Part shown: piece after piece, positions 45,970 to 55,940 of the stretch
Position numbering within the stretch: the stretch's first letter is position 1
Layout of the letters: each line of letters begins with the position of its first letter
Origin: Escherichia coli
GTDB taxonomy: Bacteria > Pseudomonadota > Gammaproteobacteria > Enterobacterales > Enterobacteriaceae
Reading direction: 5' to 3' (one strand)
Assembly: GCF_024502345.1 (NCBI RefSeq)
Contig: NZ_JALDNN010000001.1
DNA: 64,000 nt
Notes under the pieces: generated by a model
The model's database searches: none
What the model saw: only the letters and a program-made list of their open reading frames with translations
What the model was told of the DNA's origin: nothing
Translations under genes and position numbers: made by a program

Positions 45970-48034
45970 GCGTCTTGAATTAAGCGTCCGCAAAGGCTGG
46001 ACACCCCCGCCGCGTATCAGTGTGCCGCAGTGGGCAGATGACTATCGTAAGCTGGCAAAAGAGGCTGGGAGCACTTCGGGAAACTGGGAAACATCGACGG
46101 TAGAAATTGCCCGCGGACCGATGCTTGCCGCGACGGAGTCCGGGGTTCATATCATCACTGTAATGTGCTGTACCCAGTTGATGAAGACAGCACTGCTGGA
46201 AAACCTTTTTGGCTATTTTGCCCACCTCGATCCTTGTCCGATACTGCTGCTGCAGCCGAAAGAAGAAGCCGCTGAACAGTTTTCGAAAGAGCGTATTAGC
46301 CCGCTGGTAAGGGTGACGCCGGTACTGCGTAAAATCATCGGTGATTCGAAACAGAAAAGCTCGAAAGAAACCATTCTTTACAAGGCATTCACTGGCGGAT
46401 TTCTGGCGCTGGCGGGTGCTGGTAGCCCTGATAACCTTGCGCGTCGTCCGATTCGTGTCCTGCTGGCGGATGAAGTGGACAAGTACCCGATAACCCGCGA
46501 AGGCGATCCAATTGCGCTGGCCGAAGAGCGTACAGCGACATTTGGCCTGACCTGGCTGTCTGTACGCGCCTGTTCGCCGACGGTGGAGGATGAGAGCCGC
46601 ATTGCTGACAGCTACGCCGACTCCGATCAGCGCCGGGCATCTGTGGTTTGCCCGCACTGTGGCCACCGCCAGTTCCCCGACTTTTTCAAACACGTTCAGT
46701 GGCCGAAAGAGGGAGATAAACACCTGACTAAATCGGCGATGCTCTATTGCGAATGCTGTGGTAGTGGCTGGTCCGAAGGACAGCGCCTCAGAGCTCTGCA
46801 CACTATTCGATGGCATCAGACGCGCCCATTTGAGTGCTGCGGGGAGCGGCACTCACCGCTGATGGATTATGACCTTGCCTGGCGGGCGGCAGACGAGGGC
46901 AGCGTTGAAAAGGTCTGGCAATGGTCAGAGTCGGAACGGCATGCGGTCTATCGCGCAATCTGCCCCTCCTGTGGAAAGGAGGCAGTCGATAACCACCACG
47001 CGGGGTACCAGGCATCCAAGCTTTTCAGCCCCTGGCAAAAAGATAAGCCGTCGGATATTGCGAAAAAATATATCGATGCGAAGGGCGATCCGGATAAGGA
47101 ACAGGCGTGGTGGAATACCCAGATGGGGCTTCCGCACCGACCTAATCATGGGAAACAGCTCCCTGTTGATGTTCTGCTGGCGCGCCGGGAAATATTTCCG
47201 GCCGTCGTTCCGGACGGGGTGGCATTGTTAACAGCTGGAGTTGATACCCAGGACGATCGCTTCGAAATTACGATCACCGGCTGGGGGAGAGATGAAGAAT
47301 CGTGGTCGGTCGCGCATGACGTTATTTATGGTGACCTTGAGACGGAAGAACCCTGGAAGCGACTGGATGCATACCTGAAACAGATCTGGCGACGTGGTGA
47401 CGGGCGCGGCCTGAATATCATGGCAACGTGCATGGACTCCGGTGGCCACCATACGCAGAAGGTATACGAATTCGCCAAAGAGCGTCTTGGCCGTCGTGTC
47501 TGGGCAATTAAGGGGGAGTCTGCACAGGGAGGTAAACGCAATCCTGTCTGGCCGACCAAACGACCATCATCGAAAAGCAAAGCCAGTTTCCGCCCTGTCA
47601 TTCTGGGGGTTAACTCAGCGAAAGACGTGATACGCGGTCGCCTGCATCTTGAGCCACCCAAACCTGGCGCCGCCGCTGCGGGTTATATGCATTTTCCTGA
47701 CGATCGCGATCTCGGGTACTTCAATCAGCTGCTGGCGGAGCGACTGGTTTACAAAGTCATTTCCGGGCAGCGGTACAGTATCTGGGAAGCAATACCAGGA
47801 CGAGCTAACGAAGCGCTTGACTGCCTCGTTTACAGCTATGCCGCGCTGTGCGGTCTCAAACATATGGGGTTAAAACTCAACGTCCGGGCCGCCAACCTCG
47901 AAGCCGATCCGGATAAGTTCCTGCCAGCGCCAGTTGGACAGGAAGAAAAAATCAATTACGAGCTGCCGGGTGCGGTTATTGAAGAACCAGCGCCGGTCAA
48001 ACGTAAGCGAATATCGCAACTCCTGCCGAAATAA
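45905..48034 (+). CDS. Terminase large subunit (lambda GpA family)
   Basis: 709 aa. Lambda-A-like landmarks: VPQWADDYRKL, zinc finger CPHCGHRQ...CECCG, AGVDTQDDRFE, RANEALDCLVYSYAAL. The start overlaps terS by 65 nt (alternative ATG at 45911). Confidence 0.92.
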   Translation: MNMSTNTSQSSESQSLTRQKIERLELSVRKGWTPPPRISVPQWADDYRKLAKEAGSTSGNWETSTVEIARGPMLAATESGVHIITVMCCTQLMKTALLENLFGYFAHLDPCPILLLQPKEEAAEQFSKERISPLVRVTPVLRKIIGDSKQKSSKETILYKAFTGGFLALAGAGSPDNLARRPIRVLLADEVDKYPITREGDPIALAEERTATFGLTWLSVRACSPTVEDESRIADSYADSDQRRASVVCPHCGHRQFPDFFKHVQWPKEGDKHLTKSAMLYCECCGSGWSEGQRLRALHTIRWHQTRPFECCGERHSPLMDYDLAWRAADEGSVEKVWQWSESERHAVYRAICPSCGKEAVDNHHAGYQASKLFSPWQKDKPSDIAKKYIDAKGDPDKEQAWWNTQMGLPHRPNHGKQLPVDVLLARREIFPAVVPDGVALLTAGVDTQDDRFEITITGWGRDEESWSVAHDVIYGDLETEEPWKRLDAYLKQIWRRGDGRGLNIMATCMDSGGHHTQKVYEFAKERLGRRVWAIKGESAQGGKRNPVWPTKRPSSKSKASFRPVILGVNSAKDVIRGRLHLEPPKPGAAAAGYMHFPDDRDLGYFNQLLAERLVYKVISGQRYSIWEAIPGRANEALDCLVYSYAALCGLKHMGLKLNVRAANLEADPDKFLPAPVGQEEKINYELPGAVIEEPAPVKRKRISQLLPK

Positions 48035-48042
48035 GGAAAATC

Positions 48043-48306
48043 ATGTTCAACCGGAACACCAGCCTGCTTGCCGGCGCAATGACTGACGATCAGCTCAGGG
48101 ATGCGCTTGCGAAAGCTCAGCAGGCGTACATTGATTTAGCAACCGGGAGCCACGGTGTTTCGTTTTCCTATACGCAGGGAGACGGGACGCGATCAGTGTC
48201 CTATCAGCAAAGCACCCTGGCTGATCTGCTGGCCCTGATTCAACTTCTGCAGGCGCAACTGGGGATTATCTCTCGTCCCCGGAAACCAGCGAGGTTTAGA
48301 TTCTGA
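48043..48306 (+). CDS. Head-tail joining protein, gpW family
   Basis: 87 aa between terminase and portal as in lambda. RBS aaggaaaatcATG. Confidence 0.7.
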   Translation: MFNRNTSLLAGAMTDDQLRDALAKAQQAYIDLATGSHGVSFSYTQGDGTRSVSYQQSTLADLLALIQLLQAQLGIISRPRKPARFRF

Positions 48307-49943
48307 TGAATAAAGTACAGATACTGGGCTCTGATGGGCAGCCGTTGCGACAGCAGCGTCCCTCTATGCTGGTGGGGGGGAGCCGCGTACCTTATGACGC
48401 AGCTGACTCTTTCAGCGATCAACTGGCGAACTGGCAACCCGCGCTGTGGTCCCCGGACAATGAAATTAACATTTACCGGGATCGCATCGTGTCCCGCGCA
48501 CGCGATCTGGTCCGTAATGACGGCTGGGCAAACGGTGCGGTCACACGTCTGCTGGATAATGCGGTTGGTGCCAACTTCCGCCCCATCATGAAACCCGATT
48601 ACCGTGTTCTCAGAATGATCACCGGAAACAAGGCGTTTGATGCGTCCTGGGCGGAAGAGTACGGAAAAGCACTGGACGGGCACTGGCGGACCTGGAGTAA
48701 CGATCCTGGCCGGTATTGTGATGTTGAACGAAAACTCACCGTGTCGCAGATGTTACGCCTGGGATTTCGTCACAAGCTTATTGACGGGGATGCTCTGGCC
48801 ATTCTCCAGTACAGAACTGACAGGCTTGGTCCCGGAAGAGGGCGTTACGCCACCACGGTACAGATTGTCGATCCTGACCGCCTCAGTAATCCTCAGCAGA
48901 ATTTCGATATGCCAAATGTCCGTGGTGGCGTTGAAATTGATGCGGACGGTGCGCCGGTTGCTTACCACATCAGGGAGGCCCATATCGGTGACTGGTGGAG
49001 CGGGGCTAAAACCATGACGTGGCAGCGTATCCCGCGTGAAACTGACTGGGGCCGCCCGCATGTGGTTCACGATTTTGATCATGAGCGTGGCGCGCAGCAC
49101 CGTGGTAACGGCATCCTGACTCCGGTTATTCAGCGTCTGAAAATGCTGGTGAAGTATGACCAGAGTGAGCTTGAGGCAGCAATTCTTAATGCCATATTTG
49201 CCGCTTACATTGAGTCACCCTATGACCCTGCGATGGTTCAGTCTGCCCTGGGCGAGACCTATGACGAGTCGGAGTTAGGCACTTATCAGGACGGGCGTGT
49301 TGAGTTCCATAACGATCGGCGTCTGACACTTCAGAATGGTGCCCGAATGCCCATTCTTTATCCTGGTGAGAAAATCACGACGGTTAACGCGGCGCGGCCC
49401 TACAGCAATTTTGAAGTCTTCGAATCTGCTGTTCTCCGTAATTTTTCTTCAGGAACAGGGTTGTCCCCACAGCAGGTCACCCAGGACTGGTCTGACGTTA
49501 ACTACAGTTCTGCACGCTCCTCGTTGCTGGAGGCATGGAAAACACTGACTCGCCGCCGGGACGATTTTTCTACCGGCTTCGCTCAGCCCATTCTCACCGC
49601 CTTTGTTGAAGAAGTTCACGACAATGAGGATTTACCCCTGCCCGCAGGCGCACCTGATTTTGTTGACGCCAGAGCCGCGTATTCTCGCGCGCGCTGGATG
49701 GGGCCAGGGCGCGGCTGGGTGGATCCGGTTGCAGAGAAAAAAGGCGCCATTCTTGGTCTGGATGCCGGACTTTCCACCCTCGAGATTGAGGTGGGTGAAA
49801 ACGTCGGTGAAGACTGGGAAGAAGTGCTTGATCAGCGCCAGAGAGAAATTGAGTCATGTCTTAAACGCGGATTACCGCTTCCGAGCTGGGCACAGGCTGA
49901 CCAGTTTGCGAGCCAGACCATTACCGATCCGGAGGAAAAGTGA
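48306..49943 (+). CDS. Portal protein (lambda gpB family)
   Basis: 545 aa. ARDLVRNDGWANGAV, CDVERKLT, DRLSNPQ and WQRIPRETDWGRPHVVHDF parallel lambda B motifs. Confidence 0.9.
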   Translation: MNKVQILGSDGQPLRQQRPSMLVGGSRVPYDAADSFSDQLANWQPALWSPDNEINIYRDRIVSRARDLVRNDGWANGAVTRLLDNAVGANFRPIMKPDYRVLRMITGNKAFDASWAEEYGKALDGHWRTWSNDPGRYCDVERKLTVSQMLRLGFRHKLIDGDALAILQYRTDRLGPGRGRYATTVQIVDPDRLSNPQQNFDMPNVRGGVEIDADGAPVAYHIREAHIGDWWSGAKTMTWQRIPRETDWGRPHVVHDFDHERGAQHRGNGILTPVIQRLKMLVKYDQSELEAAILNAIFAAYIESPYDPAMVQSALGETYDESELGTYQDGRVEFHNDRRLTLQNGARMPILYPGEKITTVNAARPYSNFEVFESAVLRNFSSGTGLSPQQVTQDWSDVNYSSARSSLLEAWKTLTRRRDDFSTGFAQPILTAFVEEVHDNEDLPLPAGAPDFVDARAAYSRARWMGPGRGWVDPVAEKKGAILGLDAGLSTLEIEVGENVGEDWEEVLDQRQREIESCLKRGLPLPSWAQADQFASQTITDPEEK

Positions 49944-50806
49944 ATCTACCCCATCTGGCCCAGCGATTATTTAACACCCCGCTGGCGCTGCACCCGAGTA
50001 AAGCCGAAGTCATCATGGCATCCGTAATGGACCGATTTGGTATCAGTAAAATCGAATCTTCTCTTGCCATGGAGGATGACTGGTACGGATATGACGATAA
50101 CCGGGGACGTGAATCCCGTAGTGATCCGGGTTATGACAATGTGCTGGGTGTCGCCGTCATCCCGATATGCGGAACGCTGGTGCAAAAACTGGGCAGTCTG
50201 CGTCCGTACAGTGGAATGACAGGGTATGACGGCATTCGTCAGGCGTTTCTTACTGCGATGGAAGATCCCGACATTTCGGGCATTTGCCTGGATATCGACT
50301 CACCCGGCGGCGAGGTCGCTGGATGCTTCGATCTGGTTGATGTCATTTACGGCTCCCGGGGGAAAAAGCCTATCCATGCCATTCTGACGGAAAGCGCTTA
50401 TTCCGCTGCGTATGCCATTGCCAGTGCAGCGGACCGGATTTCTGTTCCGCGCACCGGCGGAGTGGGTTCTGTGGGTGTGATCACCATGCACCTTGACTGG
50501 ACGCAGCGGATTAAAGATGACGGTCTTAAAGTTACGATCATCACCTATGGATCCCGCAAGGCTGAAGGTTCGCCGCTGAGAGAGTTGTCAGATGAAGCTC
50601 TGGCCGCCATCCAGCAGGACATTAACACCATGGGCGAATTGTTTGTGAACACTGTTGCCAGAAACCGGGGGATTAGCGCAAAGGTTATAAAAAGTACCCA
50701 GGCCGCCTGTTTTATGGCTGCTGATGGCGTTGAAATTGGACTGGCTGATGAGGTGTGTCCTCCTGACGCTGCGTTCAAAAACTTACTTGAAAAAACAGGA
50801 GCCTGA
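49940..50806 (+). CDS. Head maturation protease, S49 (SppA/ClpP-like, lambda gpC-type)
   Basis: 288 aa. GTGA overlap with the portal stop. Motifs DIDSPGGEV and GGVGSVGV. Confidence 0.88.
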   Translation: MNLPHLAQRLFNTPLALHPSKAEVIMASVMDRFGISKIESSLAMEDDWYGYDDNRGRESRSDPGYDNVLGVAVIPICGTLVQKLGSLRPYSGMTGYDGIRQAFLTAMEDPDISGICLDIDSPGGEVAGCFDLVDVIYGSRGKKPIHAILTESAYSAAYAIASAADRISVPRTGGVGSVGVITMHLDWTQRIKDDGLKVTIITYGSRKAEGSPLRELSDEALAAIQQDINTMGELFVNTVARNRGISAKVIKSTQAACFMAADGVEIGLADEVCPPDAAFKNLLEKTGA

Positions 50807-50807
50807 A

Positions 50808-51398
50808 ATGGCAAAGAAAAAGACGTTTAGTTTTGCTCACCTCATTGGTCTTGGCCCTTCCGCTTCTGAGGAAGAAGAGGATAAAAAAGCCAAAAAAGCG
50901 AAAGCCCGTCGCGCGGAAGAGGACGAGCGCGAAGATGATGCCGATGATGATGAGCGCGACGACGACGCGGAAGAAGACGAACGCGACGATGATGCTGAAG
51001 ATGACGGCGATGATCCGGATGCGTCAGAAGATGATGATTCTGAAGACGACGGCGACGACGATCGCAAAGAGAGTAAGGCGGTAAAAAATGCACGCGCTGC
51101 TGAGCGTAAACGCTGCGCCCGTATTTTCGGCAGTAAGCATGCAGCTGCGAATCCTTCACTGGCCGCGTCACTGGCTTTCAATACCGGGATGAGTTCTGCG
51201 GCAGCAATTAATGTCCTAGCCTCTTCGGCTCCGGCCGCAGCCGCATCTCAGCCATCCCGTAAACGCTCTCTCGATCAGCGTATGCAGGAAAGCCACCAGG
51301 TCCGGCTTAATCCGGATAGCGGACAGAAAGAGACCGGAAAGTCTGCGCTGGTAAGTAAAATGACCGGCCTCTACAACTCCACAAGAGGAGAGAAATAA
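50808..51398 (+). CDS. Putative scaffolding protein with a hyper-acidic low-complexity core
   Basis: 196 aa from MAKKKTFSFAHL, RBS aggagcctgaaATG. About 75 residues are almost entirely D/E (EEDEREDDADDDERDDDAEEDERDDDAEDDGDDPDASEDDDSEDDGDDD). Next comes AERKRCARIFGSKHAAANPSLAASLA, typical of scaffold or protease-associated domains. Lies between protease and decoration/capsid genes. Confidence 0.65.
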   Translation: MAKKKTFSFAHLIGLGPSASEEEEDKKAKKAKARRAEEDEREDDADDDERDDDAEEDERDDDAEDDGDDPDASEDDDSEDDGDDDRKESKAVKNARAAERKRCARIFGSKHAAANPSLAASLAFNTGMSSAAAINVLASSAPAAAASQPSRKRSLDQRMQESHQVRLNPDSGQKETGKSALVSKMTGLYNSTRGEK

Positions 51399-51802
51399 TG
51401 GATCAGTTTGGTCAGAATGCGTTTGCGCCTGGCATGAAGAGCGCGCTGTTTGTTCCGGATCAGCTTGTCGCTGGCACGCTCCAGCTGGTGACTGACACCG
51501 GGATCATTACGGGCGGTGCCTTTAAGCGTGGTACTGTCCTGGGCCTGGTGGCTGCCAGCGGGAAATACACGCAATGTGTGAAAACGGCTGAAGATGGCAG
51601 TCAGTTACCCGTTGCTATTCTGGTTGATGATGTTGATGCATCGTCTTCCGATCAGAACGGCGGCCTGTATCTGATGGGGGAATTCAACCAGCACCGAATT
51701 ATTTTTGATAACTCCTGGACGACCGCTGACCTGAAAAAAGCGCTCCGACCGCTGGCTATCTTCCTGAAAGACAGTGACCAGGCACCTGTAACCACCTCCT
51801 GA
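51398..51802 (+). CDS. Head decoration protein (gpD-like)
   Basis: 134 aa. TAATG overlap with the upstream gene. Position and size match lambda D. C-terminal half reads PVAILVDDVDASSSDQNGGLYLMGEFN. Confidence 0.7.
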   Translation: MDQFGQNAFAPGMKSALFVPDQLVAGTLQLVTDTGIITGGAFKRGTVLGLVAASGKYTQCVKTAEDGSQLPVAILVDDVDASSSDQNGGLYLMGEFNQHRIIFDNSWTTADLKKALRPLAIFLKDSDQAPVTTS

Positions 51803-51899
51803 TTTCCCCCACGGCTCTCCTGACGAATGCTTTAACCGGCAGGGGCTGGCTCGTTTAAATTTTTTGCCAGCTGCGGCTGGCACTATCAAGAGACTGAAT

Positions 51900-52949
51900 A
51901 TGGAAAATATTTTTGATACCAGCGTGCTGGTGCAGGTTGTTCCTAACCTGAAAACCAGTCAGAACTGGCTGCTCGATCGCTTCTTCCCGAATGTCGTGAC
52001 TTACGAGACTGAAGAAGTGGCGATTGATGTTGATGTCGGCCTGCGTCGTATGGCGCCGTTCGTCTCCCCGCTGGTGGAAGGTAAGCTGGTCGAATCCCGT
52101 AAATACCAGACCAATACCTTCAAACCGGCATACATCAAAGATAAGCGCGCGCCGGACCTGCGCAAACCTATCCGCCGCCAGATTGGTGAGCGTATTGGCG
52201 GGGAATATACCGCTGCCGAGCGCGAAATGCTGAACCTTCAGTTTGAAATGACTGACCAGATTGACATGATCAACCGTCGTCTGGAATGGATGGCGGCGAG
52301 TGCGCTGGTGTCTGGGACCGTAACCGTCGCCGGGGAGGGCTATGAAACTAAGGTGGTGGATTTCGGGCGTGCTTCGGATCTGACCATCACTCTTAGCGGC
52401 TCGGATAAATGGCCACTGACCGTTGCAGCTGGCGCTACCAATACCCAGCCATCAGATGACATTGAAATCTGGCAGACTACTTTCCTGAAAGAGTCCGGCT
52501 CTGTCGCCACGGATCTGGTCTTTACGAATAAGTCATGGCGTGCATTCCGACTGGATACCACCATCAAGGATAACGCCATTACATTCCCGGCGCTGAGCCC
52601 GTTTGGTAACCAGATTAACGCCGGCCCACAGGTAATGAAGGGCGCAATTTATAAAGGGCGCTGGGGTAACTTTGACCTCTGGTTATATAACGACTGGTTT
52701 ATTGACCCGCTGGACAACGTCGAGAAGCCTATGATCCCCGATGGCGCTGTCATTATGAGTGGTGCCGATCTGATGGGTACCCGCGCCTTTGGCGTTATCC
52801 TGGACCCGGCTTTCAACTACGGTCCGCTGGCTTATGCGCCAAAATCCTGGGTGAAAGAAGATCCAGCCCAGCGTCTTATCCTGATGCAATCCTCCCCGCT
52901 GGTAATTCCGAGCCGGGTAAATGCATCCCTCTGCGCAACGGTGGTCTGA
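51900..52949 (+). CDS. Major capsid protein (lambda gpE family)
   Basis: 349 aa from MENIFDTSVLVQVVPNLK. RMAPFVSPLVEGK, FKPAYIKDKR and PKSWVKEDPAQRLILMQSSPLVIP parallel lambda E motifs. The track ORF has a 12-codon extension. Confidence 0.88.
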   Translation: MENIFDTSVLVQVVPNLKTSQNWLLDRFFPNVVTYETEEVAIDVDVGLRRMAPFVSPLVEGKLVESRKYQTNTFKPAYIKDKRAPDLRKPIRRQIGERIGGEYTAAEREMLNLQFEMTDQIDMINRRLEWMAASALVSGTVTVAGEGYETKVVDFGRASDLTITLSGSDKWPLTVAAGATNTQPSDDIEIWQTTFLKESGSVATDLVFTNKSWRAFRLDTTIKDNAITFPALSPFGNQINAGPQVMKGAIYKGRWGNFDLWLYNDWFIDPLDNVEKPMIPDGAVIMSGADLMGTRAFGVILDPAFNYGPLAYAPKSWVKEDPAQRLILMQSSPLVIPSRVNASLCATVV

Positions 52950-52950
52950 T

Positions 52951-53331
52951 ATGGCAAAACAACCTAATACCGGGCTGGCTGATGATCTGAATGCAGAAGG
53001 ATCTGCCAAAGACGGCCTGAGCGTTGACAACCTGAATGCTGGCGATAACACCCAGGAAAAACAGCCTTTGAGCAAAACAGATGATGCCGAATTGTCTGTT
53101 GATGACGATGGTGGTGACGAAAAATCCGGAGACACTGAATCGCAGGAGTATGTGGTGTTGAAAGGGAATTGCATTCGTCATGACGGGGAGATGTACCGCG
53201 AAAATATGCGCATCCCTGTAACCGGCAAAGATGCTGAGCGTCTTCTGCAGTCCGGCGTTATTGCTGATGTTGATGTGCTTCGTAAGCGAGTTCTTGCTTC
53301 TCAGCCATCAGTTTCAGTTACGACAGGGTAA
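52951..53331 (+). CDS. Hypothetical head-module protein with an acidic N-terminal half
   Basis: 126 aa from MAKQPNTGLADDLNAEG, starting 1 nt after the capsid stop. No family recognised. Confidence 0.55.
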   Translation: MAKQPNTGLADDLNAEGSAKDGLSVDNLNAGDNTQEKQPLSKTDDAELSVDDDGGDEKSGDTESQEYVVLKGNCIRHDGEMYRENMRIPVTGKDAERLLQSGVIADVDVLRKRVLASQPSVSVTTG

Positions 53332-53335
53332 TGAC

Positions 53336-53695
53336 ATGGGCGTGGACTGGGATTCTCATCTTCTGAGTCCGCTGCATGATGTCTTTGGCGATGAGCACGA
53401 GTACCGTCCACGTAACGGTACTCCTTTTACAATTAACGGGATTTTTGACCGTGGTTATGCGCAGGTTGCTGAAAACCTTGATGGCGATTCAGAAATTAAC
53501 ACCTCCAGCCCGATGTTGGGTGTGCGCGATGCTGAATTTCGCAAGCTGGGTAAATCGCAACCTGCTGTATCTGACCGGGTATTTATAAAGACGGTCGGTG
53601 GTCACATCATCAATCAGTTATTTGTTGTGTCAAACGTCGAACCCGACAGTCATGGCGGATCTCGTCTTGTCCTCAATGTGGTAAAACCGCGATGA
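53336..53695 (+). CDS. Head-tail joining / head completion protein (tentative)
   Basis: 119 aa from MGVDWDSHLLSPL. The pattern INGIFDR...VRDAEF...VEPDSHGGSRLVL resembles lambda-type head-tail joining proteins. The track ORF has a long upstream extension. Confidence 0.55.
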   Translation: MGVDWDSHLLSPLHDVFGDEHEYRPRNGTPFTINGIFDRGYAQVAENLDGDSEINTSSPMLGVRDAEFRKLGKSQPAVSDRVFIKTVGGHIINQLFVVSNVEPDSHGGSRLVLNVVKPR

Positions 53696-54237
53696 ATTCA
53701 GCAGCGATACGGCAAATGGTTGTCACTGCACTAACCGGGACAACCAGCGCGGGCGACCGCGTATTCTCTCCACGCGACTGGTCAACTTCACCAGATATGT
53801 ATCCTGTGTTGTTGGTTCAGACGCCTTTTGAACAGAAAAAATCACAGGGGCGTAATACCCCTGCTTTTACCACCCTCACCACTGTCAGGATCACTGGGCG
53901 CGTTCAGGAGTATGACGGCGATACAGTGGATGATGGAGCCATGCGGGCAGAGCTGGCGCTTGAAAGCCTTCGCGAGCAGGTGGAGCGCGCGGTGATCAAC
54001 AGCTACGAACTGACGCGGAATATTCAGAAATACGCGGAAGTTCGTTCAACCATCAATGTTGATTCAGAAGGAGAGGCCCATATGGGGCAGCTTCTTTTCG
54101 AGATCGATATAGAGCATTACCAGGGGCCGGAAGATTTTTATCCTGTCCAGTCGGTTCCCCTTGAGGGCATGGATATTGCGGTCGACATGCCAGACGGCAC
54201 AGTTAAACCGGGTATCAGCCTCAATCTTCAGGAGTAA
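53692..54237 (+). CDS. Neck / tail-completion protein (position equivalent to Mu gp37)
   Basis: 181 aa. ATGA overlap with the upstream gene. Function assigned by position only. Confidence 0.45.
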   Translation: MNSAAIRQMVVTALTGTTSAGDRVFSPRDWSTSPDMYPVLLVQTPFEQKKSQGRNTPAFTTLTTVRITGRVQEYDGDTVDDGAMRAELALESLREQVERAVINSYELTRNIQKYAEVRSTINVDSEGEAHMGQLLFEIDIEHYQGPEDFYPVQSVPLEGMDIAVDMPDGTVKPGISLNLQE

Positions 54238-54240
54238 TCC

Positions 54241-54438
54241 ATGTTTGTTAAGCCGAACAACGGGCTCAGCGTTCGCTGCCCCGTCAAGGGCATCCCATTG
54301 CCTAAAGAGGGTGCTGAAGTACCTGACAATATTTTCTGGCGTCGCCGTCTGAGCGATGGGGACGTGATCCTCTCTAAAAAGGATGAGGGCGCGCCAGAGA
54401 AACAATCATTACCTAAAAAAGCGGGAGAAAATGAATGA
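54241..54438 (+). CDS. Small Mu gp38-like protein (DUF2635-like, tentative)
   Basis: 65 aa, MFVKPNNGLSVRCPVKGIPLPKEGAEVPDNIFWRRRLSDGDV, directly upstream of the sheath gene as in Mu-like tail modules. Confidence 0.55.
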   Translation: MFVKPNNGLSVRCPVKGIPLPKEGAEVPDNIFWRRRLSDGDVILSKKDEGAPEKQSLPKKAGENE

Positions 54439-55937
54439 CCGTACCTTTCGCTCGTGTTCCCGATAACCTGCGGGTAGGGCTTTTCTTCGTTGAGTTTGAT
54501 AACTCAATGGCGAATAACGCCACTGCCACGCAGCGCACCCTGCTTATCGGTGGGATGCTCAGTACCGGCTCAACCCTCCCTGGTATTCCGCAGCGAGTTT
54601 CCTCTTCGGATACCGTCGGTGAGCTGACAGGAAAAGGGGGAATTCTGCAGGCCATGATGGCGGCGTATCAGAAAAATGATACCGCAGCCGAAGTCTGGAT
54701 CCTGCCGCTGGAGGAAGACTCCGATTCCATGGTGGCTGCAACCGGCACCATTAGAGTGAGCAGCGCACCGACGGAAACCGGAGTGATCTCCCTTTATATT
54801 GCTGGTGAGCGCATTCAGTTGACCGTTGTAGCAACAGATACGGTGGCAGCGATCGCCACCTCTCTGGCCGCGGCGATTAACGCAAAAACCACGCTACCTG
54901 TAACCGCCAGTGCGACTACGGATACCGTAACCCTGACCGCGAAGAATCTTGGTGCTACGGGTAATGGGATCGACATTCGCCTGAACTTCCTCGGCTTACC
55001 TGGAGGCGAGTCCACACCTGCAGGCCTGGAACTGACGATTACTGCTATGTCTAACGGAGTCGGGGCTCCGGATATTACCGGCGAGCTGGCAAACCTGCAG
55101 GATCGGACATTCGATTTCATCATCAACCCTTACGACGATACAACCTCGTTGAATGTGATGAAGGAGTTCCTGTCAGACACTGGCGGTCGCTGGGCATGGG
55201 ACAAGCAGCTTTATGGCCATTCCTTTGGTACAACCACCGGGACTTACGCCCAGCTCGGTACCAAAGGTGAGCTGCGCAATAACCAGCATGAGACCCTGCT
55301 GGGCGTAAATAAATCGCCGTCCCCTTCCTGGGCATGGTCTGCAGCTTACACCGGCGCAGCTGCGGTGAGTCTGCGTAATGACCCCGGCCGCCCGCTACAG
55401 TCGCTCGCTGTTCAGGGGGTGCTTGCGCCAGAACTGCAGGATCGCTTTGAGCTGACCGAGCGTAACAATCTGCTGTACAGCGGCATTTCGACATTTACGG
55501 TCGATGACGATGGCACGGTGCGCATTGAAAACCTGATCACCACCTACCAGAAAAACAGCTATGGCGATGCAGATGACAGTTATCTGGAAGTGGAGACGCT
55601 GTTCAGCCTGATGTTTGTGACCCGCTACCTGCGCACAGCGGTGACCAGCAAGTTTGGCCGTATGAAGCTTGCTGCGGATGGAACCCGATTTGCACCTGGC
55701 GCGGCGATCGTCACGCCAAACATTATCAAGGCCGATCAGATTGCCGAGTACCAGACTCTGGTATGGAACGGTTATGCGCAGGATGCGGAGGCATTCGCAA
55801 AAAATATCATCGTCGAGCAGAACGCCAAAAATCCGAACCGCGTCGATGTGCTGTGGCCGGGAACCCTCATGAACCAGTTGCGCATTTTCGCGCTGCTCAA
55901 TCAGTTCCGCACTCGGGCTGAATCAACAGGAGCTTAA
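54435..55937 (+). CDS. Contractile tail sheath protein (Mu gpL-like)
   Basis: 500 aa. N-terminus VPFARVPDNLRVGLFFVEFDNS resembles the Mu L N-terminus. Followed by the tube gene. Confidence 0.85.
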   Translation: MTVPFARVPDNLRVGLFFVEFDNSMANNATATQRTLLIGGMLSTGSTLPGIPQRVSSSDTVGELTGKGGILQAMMAAYQKNDTAAEVWILPLEEDSDSMVAATGTIRVSSAPTETGVISLYIAGERIQLTVVATDTVAAIATSLAAAINAKTTLPVTASATTDTVTLTAKNLGATGNGIDIRLNFLGLPGGESTPAGLELTITAMSNGVGAPDITGELANLQDRTFDFIINPYDDTTSLNVMKEFLSDTGGRWAWDKQLYGHSFGTTTGTYAQLGTKGELRNNQHETLLGVNKSPSPSWAWSAAYTGAAAVSLRNDPGRPLQSLAVQGVLAPELQDRFELTERNNLLYSGISTFTVDDDGTVRIENLITTYQKNSYGDADDSYLEVETLFSLMFVTRYLRTAVTSKFGRMKLAADGTRFAPGAAIVTPNIIKADQIAEYQTLVWNGYAQDAEAFAKNIIVEQNAKNPNRVDVLWPGTLMNQLRIFALLNQFRTRAESTGA

Positions 55938-55940
55938 ACG

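Noticed and set aside
45980-46852. 290-aa antisense ORF inside the large terminase gene
   Set aside because: It lies entirely within a confidently identified GpA-family terminase. The Arg/Ala/Cys-rich translation is typical of the reverse frame of GC-rich coding DNA.
50833-51181. Plus-strand ORF (83 aa) and two minus-strand ORFs (114 and 109 aa) over the acidic repeat
   Set aside because: They are alternative-frame readings of the gaNgaN low-complexity tract (poly-Ser/Ala, poly-Arg/His strings). The D/E frame has the RBS and is coupled to neighbouring head genes.
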